Positions 17,210-24,564 of a stretch of 51,961 nt of DNA are shown here, one piece after another. Numbering within the stretch: the first letter of the stretch is position 1; the number at the start of each line of letters is the position of its first letter. A program made the position numbers and the translations under genes. The stretch comes from a virus. Where the stretch lies: positions 1 through 51,961 of IMG/VR virus record IMGVR_UViG_3300002035_000003. The stretch is one strand, 5' to 3'. The notes under the pieces were generated by a model, which worked only from the letters and a program-made list of their open reading frames with translations, ran no database searches and was not told the origin of the DNA.

Positions 17210-19372
17210 ATGGTTAAGCAAGTCGCGCAGTTCGATAACCAAAAGGTCAAGCAAGAAGCACATTTTTACACATCCCTAGGCTGGCATCCAACTCCAGGTA
17301 AGCCACAGAGTAAGGTACCTCTACACGGTAAGGGGTGGAATGAAGTAAAACACACCGGTTACGATGAAATAATAGAACAGTTCAACAAGCTGGACGACAA
17401 AGAAATGCCCTATAACCTGGGGTTGTTAGTTGGTAAGGAGCTTGTTGACATTGATTTAGACTCAGAAAACTCCAGGAAACTGGCGCCTTTCATTCTACCG
17501 AATACTATCAAACTAAAGAAGGGCAACAGTGTAACACATTACCTGTACCACCTTGATGAAGGTTTAGAGCCATTACAAACCAGGCAGTTCCCAGTTCCTA
17601 CTGAGGATATGTCTAAGAAGGAGATGATGTGTGAGTTACGTGGGGTTGATAGCCGTGGTAATTACCAATACACATTAGCATCCGGCTCAATTCACCCGTC
17701 TGGCTTAAAAATAGAACGAATCGGTGATACCCCATATACTATTAAATCCCATGAAGAGATATTTAATCTGGTTCGATTACTAGCATTTTCAGATGCTATG
17801 GTCAGACACTGGGGACGAGGTACGAGAAGTAATTTAGCCCTTGGGGTTGTTGGGTTCTTATTAAAGAACGGGTACCATGAAGATTTAATTGAGGGAGCAT
17901 TAGCCGGTATCTGTGAGGTTGCCGGTGGTGACCCAAAAAACGCAGAGCTACATAATACAGTACGTAAGTTTGAAAATGGTCAGCCGGTTGCCGGTGAGAA
18001 AATACTTAAAGAAAACCTACCCTCATACGCATTTGATAAGATAAAGTCGTGGTTTAGTACCAATCTTTTGGGGCTAGCTGATTTTGATTTAGGGGATATT
18101 AATAGCTTGGAGCTCGAGAAGCGTTGGCCTTATCTAGTCTACCTAGCTAATCAAAGTTGCTTCACGTGCGATGGTAGGACCATGCTTAAACGAGTTGACG
18201 TAAACGATTTATTTGCCCGTCAGCTTGACGTAAAGTCTCGGAACACCTTAATGGCTATGTCTCATAAATTAAATGGTCTGGACTATATTCCGGGACAATC
18301 GTTGATAGTTAATGATGGACCTAACACGTATTGGAATGCATGGCTACCGACGGATTTAAAACCTATTGAGGGTGATGTTGAATTATTTCTAAAGCATGTT
18401 GGTTTTATTTGTGATAAAGAACCAGAATCAGTCGATGCTCTATTAAGCTTCATGGCTCATGCAGTACAGAGACCAGAAGAAAAGGTCAGGTGGATGCCTC
18501 TATTAATCGGAGGCCAAGGCACGGGTAAAACAACACTGGGTGATATTTTGGGTCACTTAGTTGGTATGAGTAACTTTGGTTCGATACCCGCTGCAGATAT
18601 GCTAGGTAACTTTAATACGCCATTGAAGAATAAACTAGTCATAGTTGTTGAAGAAATGCGTATTAGCAAATCAACCCAAACTACCGCCTTGGCGACGGCG
18701 TTAAAAGAAAAGATCACAAACGACATTATGTTGATCAAGGAGAAAAATGTCCCAGAGTACTACATCAATAATCGGCTGCGTTTTATCGGAACGTCTAACC
18801 ACCAATCGCCAATCGAAATTGAACCAGGCGACCGGCGTTATTACATTATCAAGAGCAAAACCACAGGTAGAACCATTAATCAGTCTGAGCAAATCAGCTC
18901 AGCAAAATTTTTTAAGAAATACCGTGACTGGCTGCACAACCAAAGTGGGTTAGAAAACATACTGCATTTTTTACTCAATTACGACCTATCAAAGTTTACA
19001 CCAGATTCCGCGCCATTAATGAGTGTAGTCCAGGCGGCTAAAAAACATGAAATAGCTTACGAAACAACGGTACCTCATTTTTTCCATGAGGTCCAAGAAT
19101 GGTGTGATGAAGCTGACAATGACCTGGTTGCTTTCCGTGATTTTAAAGAGGGCTTTGATGATAAATTTCCAAATGCCCGTCTTTCTGATAAGATGTTTAA
19201 TCACTTAGTAGAAATGAATGGTGGTCTCAAAGTACGAAAGATGGTCTCACACCAAGGTAAGAAGGTCAGAGTAAATGGCTTTGTAATTCGAAACTTTGAA
19301 AAGTATGACCAACACACCACACTAGATTTAGCTAAGTTAATATTAACGGAAGGTGAAGAAGAATTTAGTTAG
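17210..19372 (+). CDS. bifunctional primase-polymerase / SF3 (D5/P4-alpha-like) helicase
   Basis: PrimPol DxD (VDIDLDSEN) and SGSIHPSG. Walker A GGQGTGKTT and Walker B LVIVVEEM. ATG 17210 lies after ggggtggag. Confidence 0.85.
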   Translation: MVKQVAQFDNQKVKQEAHFYTSLGWHPTPGKPQSKVPLHGKGWNEVKHTGYDEIIEQFNKLDDKEMPYNLGLLVGKELVDIDLDSENSRKLAPFILPNTIKLKKGNSVTHYLYHLDEGLEPLQTRQFPVPTEDMSKKEMMCELRGVDSRGNYQYTLASGSIHPSGLKIERIGDTPYTIKSHEEIFNLVRLLAFSDAMVRHWGRGTRSNLALGVVGFLLKNGYHEDLIEGALAGICEVAGGDPKNAELHNTVRKFENGQPVAGEKILKENLPSYAFDKIKSWFSTNLLGLADFDLGDINSLELEKRWPYLVYLANQSCFTCDGRTMLKRVDVNDLFARQLDVKSRNTLMAMSHKLNGLDYIPGQSLIVNDGPNTYWNAWLPTDLKPIEGDVELFLKHVGFICDKEPESVDALLSFMAHAVQRPEEKVRWMPLLIGGQGTGKTTLGDILGHLVGMSNFGSIPAADMLGNFNTPLKNKLVIVVEEMRISKSTQTTALATALKEKITNDIMLIKEKNVPEYYINNRLRFIGTSNHQSPIEIEPGDRRYYIIKSKTTGRTINQSEQISSAKFFKKYRDWLHNQSGLENILHFLLNYDLSKFTPDSAPLMSVVQAAKKHEIAYETTVPHFFHEVQEWCDEADNDLVAFRDFKEGFDDKFPNARLSDKMFNHLVEMNGGLKVRKMVSHQGKKVRVNGFVIRNFEKYDQHTTLDLAKLILTEGEEEFS

Positions 19373-19381
19373 AGGTAAATT

Positions 19382-19546
19382 ATGAAAGCAGTATTGTTTT
19401 TATTGATATTATCGGGATGTGCTACTCAAACGCAGCCTAAACCAGAATTAAAGATGCATGATGAAGGTGATCGCGTGTGCGTTCTTGTTAACCCAGACCT
19501 TATATACTGTCAGACTAAAACAGTAGAAAAGCGGTTTTGGATATAA
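19382..19546 (+). CDS. 54-aa lipoprotein (below the track cutoff)
   Basis: MKAVLFLLILSGC lipobox; starts 10 nt after the primase stop; TAATG coupling to the next gene. Confidence 0.5.
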   Translation: MKAVLFLLILSGCATQTQPKPELKMHDEGDRVCVLVNPDLIYCQTKTVEKRFWI

Positions 19547-19722
19547 TGGGCAAGAGTAACCGAAAGCAATGTCATAAAGTAGGGTACAAGACTAAGAAAG
19601 AAGCCAGGGATGCGCTAAATGAATTTGGTAGAGCTCGCGGCGCCAAACGCTATTATAAGTGCCCTCATCACGGGGGCCAAGAACTATGGCACTTAACCAG
19701 TGAGTCACGAAAAAAGAAGTAA
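19546..19722 (+). CDS. small basic protein
   Basis: MGKSNRKQCHKVGYKTKKEARDALN...YYKCPHHGG..WHLTS. ATG 19546 preferred over the track's TTG at 19537. Confidence 0.45.
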   Translation: MGKSNRKQCHKVGYKTKKEARDALNEFGRARGAKRYYKCPHHGGQELWHLTSESRKKK

Positions 19723-19730
19723 AAAAAGTT

Positions 19731-19758
19731 TTTACTTTAGCTGAGAAAAGTGTATAAT
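19731..19758 (+). promoter_or_regulatory. sigma70-type early promoter
   Basis: TTTACT-N16-TATAAT. Overlapped by the palindrome AAGTAAAAA-aag-TTTTTACTT (19717-19737). Confidence 0.55.
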
Positions 19759-19795
19759 AAGTTCTTACTAACAATCATTCTACCGGAGTGTATCA

Positions 19796-20062
19796 ATGAG
19801 ATGTACTAAATTTCTTTGTGTTTTATTAAATATATTAGTTTTTAATGCTATCTTTGAAGTTGCTATTGCTCATGATGCAGAAGTAATAATAACTACTGGC
19901 GAATGTATACAAATAGAACGTAATGGCAAAGTTTTTGAGGCTTGTGAAGATATTTACACTTTACTACATAAAGATGACGAGCATGAATCAATCAGTAATT
20001 TTGAGTTAGCTACATTAATAACTGCAATTACATTGATTCTAAGTGATAATGATTCTAAGTGA
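19796..20062 (+). CDS. secreted or membrane-anchored small protein
   Basis: Signal-like N-terminus MRCTKFLCVLLNILVFNAIFEVAIA; conserved leader upstream. Confidence 0.5.
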   Translation: MRCTKFLCVLLNILVFNAIFEVAIAHDAEVIITTGECIQIERNGKVFEACEDIYTLLHKDDEHESISNFELATLITAITLILSDNDSK

Positions 20063-20073
20063 TAATGATTCTA
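20035..20073 (+). repeat. 16-nt tandem duplication (2.4 copies of GATTCTAAGTGATAAT)
   Basis: Copies at 20035-20050 and 20051-20066, with a partial copy at 20067-20073 that merges into the leader cassette. Confidence 0.9.
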
Positions 20074-20086
20074 CCGGAGTGTATCA

Positions 20087-20293
20087 ATGAGTGATCTTAA
20101 GCATCAGAGTATTGAGCAATTGAGGGTTTCTAAGGCTAAATGCTTGGAAAAAATAGGCAACCTAAAAAGTAATCTAAATGGTCAGCAAGAACGGCTAAAG
20201 TGGATAAATAAATATTTATTTGAGAAAGCTGCTCAAGAAATGACTTTAGCTGAAATAGAACAAAAACTAGGCCACAAAGTTATATTTAAATGA
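20087..20293 (+). CDS. hypothetical coiled-coil protein
   Basis: An exact 24-nt leader cassette precedes the ATG. Confidence 0.5.
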   Translation: MSDLKHQSIEQLRVSKAKCLEKIGNLKSNLNGQQERLKWINKYLFEKAAQEMTLAEIEQKLGHKVIFK

Positions 20294-20490
20294 AACTAGT
20301 CAATAAATTAAAAATTAATGAGCTGTTGAAAAATTTTGGGTGCATAGATGGTGCTCATCATAAACAGTGGGTTATTGATCAAATAGCAAGACTTATGTAT
20401 GAAGAAAACTATGACCTGTTCATAGAAGAATACTGTAATGGTGAAGATGGACCTGAAACTTATGAATGGGATGAGGGTATTGCTCCATGA
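20290..20490 (+). CDS. hypothetical protein
   Basis: ATGA coupling to the upstream gene. Confidence 0.5.
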   Translation: MKLVNKLKINELLKNFGCIDGAHHKQWVIDQIARLMYEENYDLFIEEYCNGEDGPETYEWDEGIAP

Positions 20491-20735
20491 GTTATGCTTT
20501 CATACATTTATTAGCAAAAATTTCTGCTATCATATTAATGCCAATACTTATCAAAATTTTTGGTATTATCGGTTTTTGTTGTGACTGGAAATATCGAAAC
20601 CCAGCAGACAGAACCTGTAAAAGATGCGGCAGGCACCAAAATCAATTTGAATACTGGGGGGATTCAACATGTACAAAATGGGAAGATATGGGTAGAGAAA
20701 CTAAAAATTGTAATATTTTTTATAAGACACCATGA
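20487..20735 (+). CDS. membrane-anchored Cys-rich protein
   Basis: TM segment ISAIILMPILIKIFGIIGF, then CCDW...CKRCGRH...C..W...C. Confidence 0.45.
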   Translation: MSYAFIHLLAKISAIILMPILIKIFGIIGFCCDWKYRNPADRTCKRCGRHQNQFEYWGDSTCTKWEDMGRETKNCNIFYKTP

Positions 20736-20827
20736 GCATATTCTGTTTTTGTGCAAGTGTCATGGCCGTCGGATTTGCGCTAGTCATGATTGATGAATTT
20801 TTAATTAAGCCTCGTGAGGAGAAATAA
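20732..20827 (+). CDS. 31-aa hydrophobic miniprotein
   Basis: Hand translation gives MSIFCFCASVMAVGFALVMIDEFLIKPREEK; ATGA overlap with the upstream stop. Confidence 0.3.
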   Translation: MSIFCFCASVMAVGFALVMIDEFLIKPREEK

Positions 20828-20828
20828 A

Positions 20829-21446
20829 GTGGGATGTGATATACACACTCGTGTTGAAGTAAATAGAAACATCAATGGTAAAAAGTCGTGGGTTTGTGGA
20901 GACCTTTATAAAAAGAATATCTACTATAAGGGTTACCCCCAAAACCATGAAGAATATGATGGTGATGAGTTTGAAGTTTCAGAGGTTTTTGGAGATAGAA
21001 ATTACACAGCCTTTACTCATTTAGCTGGTGTTCGCGACTATACTGGAAAATTTGAGCCTATACAAAGAGGCAGAGGTTTACCAGAAGATGCTACGGATGA
21101 TGTTAAAGCTAAATATGATTATTGGGGCTGCGATGCTCATAGCGCTGGTTGGGTAACATTAGCTGAAATTATTCAATTCAGAAAAAATCTAAAACCCACA
21201 GCTTACTCTGGATTAGTGACGGACGCTGGATTAAAACAAATAGAAGAACAAGGATACCCAAATTCATGGTGTCAAGGTAGTTCTTCGCCTATGAATTATG
21301 CTGAATGGGAAATGCTTGAAGACCCATTAAAAGAATTAGAACAGGAATTACGTAATAGGCTAAATAACTTAAGAATGGCCTATAGTGAAGAGCAACAAAA
21401 TAATCAAAGTGAAAATATTAGGTTGATTTTTTGGTTTGATAATTAA
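20829..21446 (+). CDS. hypothetical protein (GTG start)
   Basis: GTG 20829 lies 7 nt after gaggag. Product starts VGCDIHTRVE... Confidence 0.45.
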   Translation: MGCDIHTRVEVNRNINGKKSWVCGDLYKKNIYYKGYPQNHEEYDGDEFEVSEVFGDRNYTAFTHLAGVRDYTGKFEPIQRGRGLPEDATDDVKAKYDYWGCDAHSAGWVTLAEIIQFRKNLKPTAYSGLVTDAGLKQIEEQGYPNSWCQGSSSPMNYAEWEMLEDPLKELEQELRNRLNNLRMAYSEEQQNNQSENIRLIFWFDN

Positions 21447-21473
21447 GAACAACGTCCCCCCAGGGTTGTTTTA

Positions 21474-21508
21474 AGGGTCCTTACCTTCGGGTTTGGGCCC
21501 TCTTTTTT
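21474..21508 (+). terminator. rho-independent terminator with UUCG tetraloop
   Basis: AGGGTCCTTACC-TTCG-GGTTTGGGCCCT followed by CTTTTTTG. It has one G-U pair and a 2-nt internal mismatch. Confidence 0.8.
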
Positions 21509-21513
21509 GTTTG

Positions 21514-21522
21514 TGTTATAAT
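21514..21522 (+). promoter_or_regulatory. extended -10 promoter element
   Basis: TGTTATAAT immediately after the terminator, 32 nt upstream of ATG 21554. Confidence 0.45.
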
Positions 21523-21553
21523 AAGCTACCAAGTAACTAACTACTATTAAGCA

Positions 21554-21898
21554 ATGTCTGATATACAAAAATCAATTGATACTTATATACTTATTAATGG
21601 CTACTTTCTCATACACTGTTTATGGGAGTATCTGAAATTTAACGACCATAACATAACTAAAAAAGCGCTTAGTCAATTATTAATTGATCGGGGTTATGAA
21701 AAAATAAGCCACAATGTCAGTATTTTAGGTAAAAAAATAAGAGTTACGGGATTTATCGTAAGACCTAATAGCTACTTATCTTTTGATAAAAAACAAAAAA
21801 GCATGCTGCTTTTGGGATTAAACCCAGGTGAGTCAGTAAATAAAAATAAACCAATAGCTACAATGGTTGCATCTAAAAATATTGGTAAAATCGCTTAA
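21554..21898 (+). CDS. stand-alone paralogue of the primase-helicase C-terminal domain
   Basis: ISHNVSILGKKIRVTGFIVRPNSY aligns with MVSHQGKKVRVNGFVIRNFEKY from the end of the 17210..19372 product. Confidence 0.55.
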   Translation: MSDIQKSIDTYILINGYFLIHCLWEYLKFNDHNITKKALSQLLIDRGYEKISHNVSILGKKIRVTGFIVRPNSYLSFDKKQKSMLLLGLNPGESVNKNKPIATMVASKNIGKIA

Positions 21899-21996
21899 AA
21901 ATTAATCAGTATCTACTTAAAACTGGTCCTGGTTGCATGTTTCATCAACCAAGGGGTTACCAACCAAGCCTTTGATAGATAAAGGTTTTTCCATAG

Positions 21997-22137
21997 ATGG
22001 TAGCCGGTTTCTACTTCTTTTTATGAAGTCACAATATCGTGTATTTTTTCATGAATTATGGTGCCTGGTTTTATAGGGCATATATTATATTTTTATTATT
22101 TTTAATTTAAGAAAAGTAAGTAGAAACCGGCTACCAT
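21997..22137. repeat. perfect 20-bp inverted repeat flanking a 101-bp AT-rich spacer
   Basis: ATGGTAGCCGGTTTCTACTT (21997-22016) and AAGTAGAAACCGGCTACCAT (22118-22137). Confidence 0.95.
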
Positions 22138-22147
22138 TGGCCCTAAA

Positions 22148-22232
22148 GGTAGCAACTACAAGGCTTTTAGTGGTAGCCCCTTTCAGTACCCCCTTTGGAA
22201 ATGGTAACAAATTTGACCAGGAAGTAGCTACT
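22148..22232. repeat. GGTA(G/A)C iteron cluster
   Basis: GGTAGC at 22148 and 22172, GGTAAC at 22203, palindrome AGTAGCTACT at 22223-22232. Further copies lie in both inverted-repeat arms and at 21956 on the reverse strand. Confidence 0.75.
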
Positions 22233-22506
22233 ATAGGTCTTTTGTGAATTCTATGGCGTCTTTTTTATCCAGGATATGATTTAACCGTCGCGCTGACATA
22301 GATATTTTCTGTTTACCTTTACTTATCAAAGTAGAGTATCTGCCGTCTATATCATTGTTGCTAGCACCCGCTAAAGATAACCCAGGGTTTTCAGAACAGA
22401 TATGATCTATGGTTTGAGATAGTACTTTTTTATTAATACAAAATACTTCTACTTTTGGCTTGGCATTACCGACTATATCAGTCTGCCTAATTTCTAAAAT
22501 GAACAT
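22231..22506 (-). CDS. lone minus-strand 91-aa protein, possible regulator
   Basis: The only minus-strand gene between the early and late plus-strand blocks. It faces a repeat-bearing divergent region. No motif recognised. Confidence 0.45.
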   Translation of the reverse strand: MFILEIRQTDIVGNAKPKVEVFCINKKVLSQTIDHICSENPGLSLAGASNNDIDGRYSTLISKGKQKISMSARRLNHILDKKDAIEFTKDL

Positions 22507-22520
22507 TGTAATTTCCTAAT

Positions 22521-22570
22521 AAGTAAAAACTTATTTTATCATATTTTCTGGCAAGTAAAAACTTATTTTA
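22521..22570. promoter_or_regulatory. two 18-bp direct repeats (operator- or -35-like)
   Basis: AAGTAAAAACTTATTTTA at 22521-22538 and 22553-22570 (32-bp period). Each contains the palindrome AAGT-AAAA-ACTT. Confidence 0.7.
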
Positions 22571-22582
22571 CCAATACATTTA

Positions 22583-22611
22583 TTTACTAAGTTTGTAATC
22601 CGGTGTATTTT
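22583..22611 (+). promoter_or_regulatory. candidate promoter of the late (packaging/structural) operon
   Basis: TTTACT-N17-TATTTT, about 50 nt upstream of the terS ATG. Confidence 0.35.
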
Positions 22612-22662
22612 ACTCTCTTGCTGGCGATGGGCGGCAGTCAACAAAATTAACCCAGGAAAAAT

Positions 22663-23220
22663 ATGAGTTCAGATGAGTTTGAAGATGAAGATTACGTTGA
22701 ACCACAAAAGCGGTCTGAGTCATTTTATAAAGTAATACCGAGTCCATTAGAAAGGATAAAAGACGAGAAAACTAAGGGTAGACCACGGGCATTTGCTACG
22801 CCTGAAGATTTATGGAATAAAGCAGTAGAATATTTTGAATGGGTAGATAGTAACCCAGATTATCGACAAGACTTTAGAGGTAAGGATGCCCGAGAAGTTC
22901 ATTTCAGGTTGAAGAGTCCGTACACATTAAACGGTTTTGCTCTATTTGCCGGGATAGCTCTTTCATACTTAAGAACACTCAAATCAATACATAAACCAGG
23001 CTCAAAAGATTACGACGAGTGGAAGGATTTTTTGACAGTCATTGCGTGCATAGAGGAAGTTTGTTATCAGCAAAAGTTCCAGGGAGCCTCAAATGGGTTG
23101 TTTAATCCTAATATTATCGCTCGCGATTTAGGTCTGTTTGACGAGGCGTCAAGTGATAAAGGCCAGGAGCTCGTTGCAGCGTTTATGAGATTAGCAGAAC
23201 CTGGAGCATTACCAGATTAG
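22663..23220 (+). CDS. terminase small subunit
   Basis: KGRPRAFATPEDLWNKAVEYFEW is a typical TerS N-terminal DNA-binding region. It lies directly upstream of TerL. Confidence 0.7.
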   Translation: MSSDEFEDEDYVEPQKRSESFYKVIPSPLERIKDEKTKGRPRAFATPEDLWNKAVEYFEWVDSNPDYRQDFRGKDAREVHFRLKSPYTLNGFALFAGIALSYLRTLKSIHKPGSKDYDEWKDFLTVIACIEEVCYQQKFQGASNGLFNPNIIARDLGLFDEASSDKGQELVAAFMRLAEPGALPD

Positions 23221-23224
23221 TCAT

Positions 23225-24556
23225 ATGAGTTTAATAAAAACCTTTGAGCAAACTGAAATAAAGAATGCAATAGAGTTGCAGCGTGATCGCTGGTATGACT
23301 TGATTCCTTTGCAGGTACAGATGGACCTGATGGCAGCGGTTCCTAATGGTGTTTTGTATCCCGTTGTACCGGCCGGCCGTCGATCTGGCAAGACAGAGAG
23401 ATTCAAGCGCTTCCTTTGTAAGTTTGCTATGAAGACTATAAACGGTAAGTTTTTTGCAGCAGCTCCGACACACAACCAGGCCAAGAAAATATTTTGGGAT
23501 GATTTAAAAGCTATGACCTTTAGTGTCATCCATCCTAAGAAACCGTCCGAGAGTGAATTAATAATCTACTTACCAAATGGTTCTGAGATTCATGTCATAG
23601 GCTTAGATAAACCAGAAAGGATTGAGGGTATTGCTTGGACCGGTGGTGGTATCGATGAGATAGCAAATATAAAAGCAACTGCGTGGCAAGAAAATATTTA
23701 TCCTGCGTTAAATACATTTAACCCAACTATGCCGGATTACAGACCTTGGTGCTGGTTACTTGGTGTTCCTGAAGGGCTAAATCATTATTATGAAATGGCT
23801 CAGTATGCAGAGAATTCAGGTGACCCACTTTGGGGGTTGTTTCATTGGAAGAGTTCAGAGATTTTACCACCAGAGCAGATTGAAGCACTCAAGCGGTCTA
23901 TGTCAGCTCTACAGTTTAGGCAGGAATTTGAAGCCAGTTTTGAAACTGCATCAGGTAGGATTTATCAGGACTACAATAAGTTCAATACCAGTATAGAAGA
24001 GATATATCCGCATGAGCAATTGAGTTGGTGTCATGATTTTAACTACACGCCTATGAGTTCAGCAATCGGGGTTGTTCGAGATGATGATGTATACTACCTA
24101 GATGAAATCGTGTTAACATCAGCAATTACTCGAGAGTCTGCGCTAGAATTTGTTGACCGGTATAAAGATCATCAGAATAGAAAGTTATTAATTTATGGTG
24201 ACCCAGCTGGTAGAGCTGGTGAAAAGCATGGGCATGAGTCAGACTATACCGAGATGGAAGATGTACTCCGTCAAAATGGGTGGTCTTTTGATAGAAGGGT
24301 TAAAAAGCAGCATCCCGCAATTAAAGATAGGCAGAATGCTGTTAGAAGAAAAATATGTACAGCAGCGGGTAAGCGGTCTCTATTTGTTAACCCAAAGCTC
24401 TGTCCATATGTGCATAAAGGTTTATCAACTGTTCAACTTAAAGATAACTCTACGTTTTTAGAAATAGAGAGTGAGTATCAACACATAACAACAGCTGTTG
24501 GCTATCACATAGATTATGAGTGGCCAATGGAAGACGATTATACAAGTATCATTTAG
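23225..24556 (+). CDS. terminase large subunit
   Basis: Walker A PAGRRSGKT; size and position between TerS and the portal; C-terminal nuclease-like region. Confidence 0.8.
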   Translation: MSLIKTFEQTEIKNAIELQRDRWYDLIPLQVQMDLMAAVPNGVLYPVVPAGRRSGKTERFKRFLCKFAMKTINGKFFAAAPTHNQAKKIFWDDLKAMTFSVIHPKKPSESELIIYLPNGSEIHVIGLDKPERIEGIAWTGGGIDEIANIKATAWQENIYPALNTFNPTMPDYRPWCWLLGVPEGLNHYYEMAQYAENSGDPLWGLFHWKSSEILPPEQIEALKRSMSALQFRQEFEASFETASGRIYQDYNKFNTSIEEIYPHEQLSWCHDFNYTPMSSAIGVVRDDDVYYLDEIVLTSAITRESALEFVDRYKDHQNRKLLIYGDPAGRAGEKHGHESDYTEMEDVLRQNGWSFDRRVKKQHPAIKDRQNAVRRKICTAAGKRSLFVNPKLCPYVHKGLSTVQLKDNSTFLEIESEYQHITTAVGYHIDYEWPMEDDYTSII

Positions 24557-24564
24557 AGACTACT

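Noticed and set aside
17144-17218. A 24-aa ORF (MIKTILRPICCFVNPLIARGGVNG) upstream of and overlapping the primase start
   Set aside because: It is too short, has no RBS, and lies in the leader between the terminator and the primase RBS.
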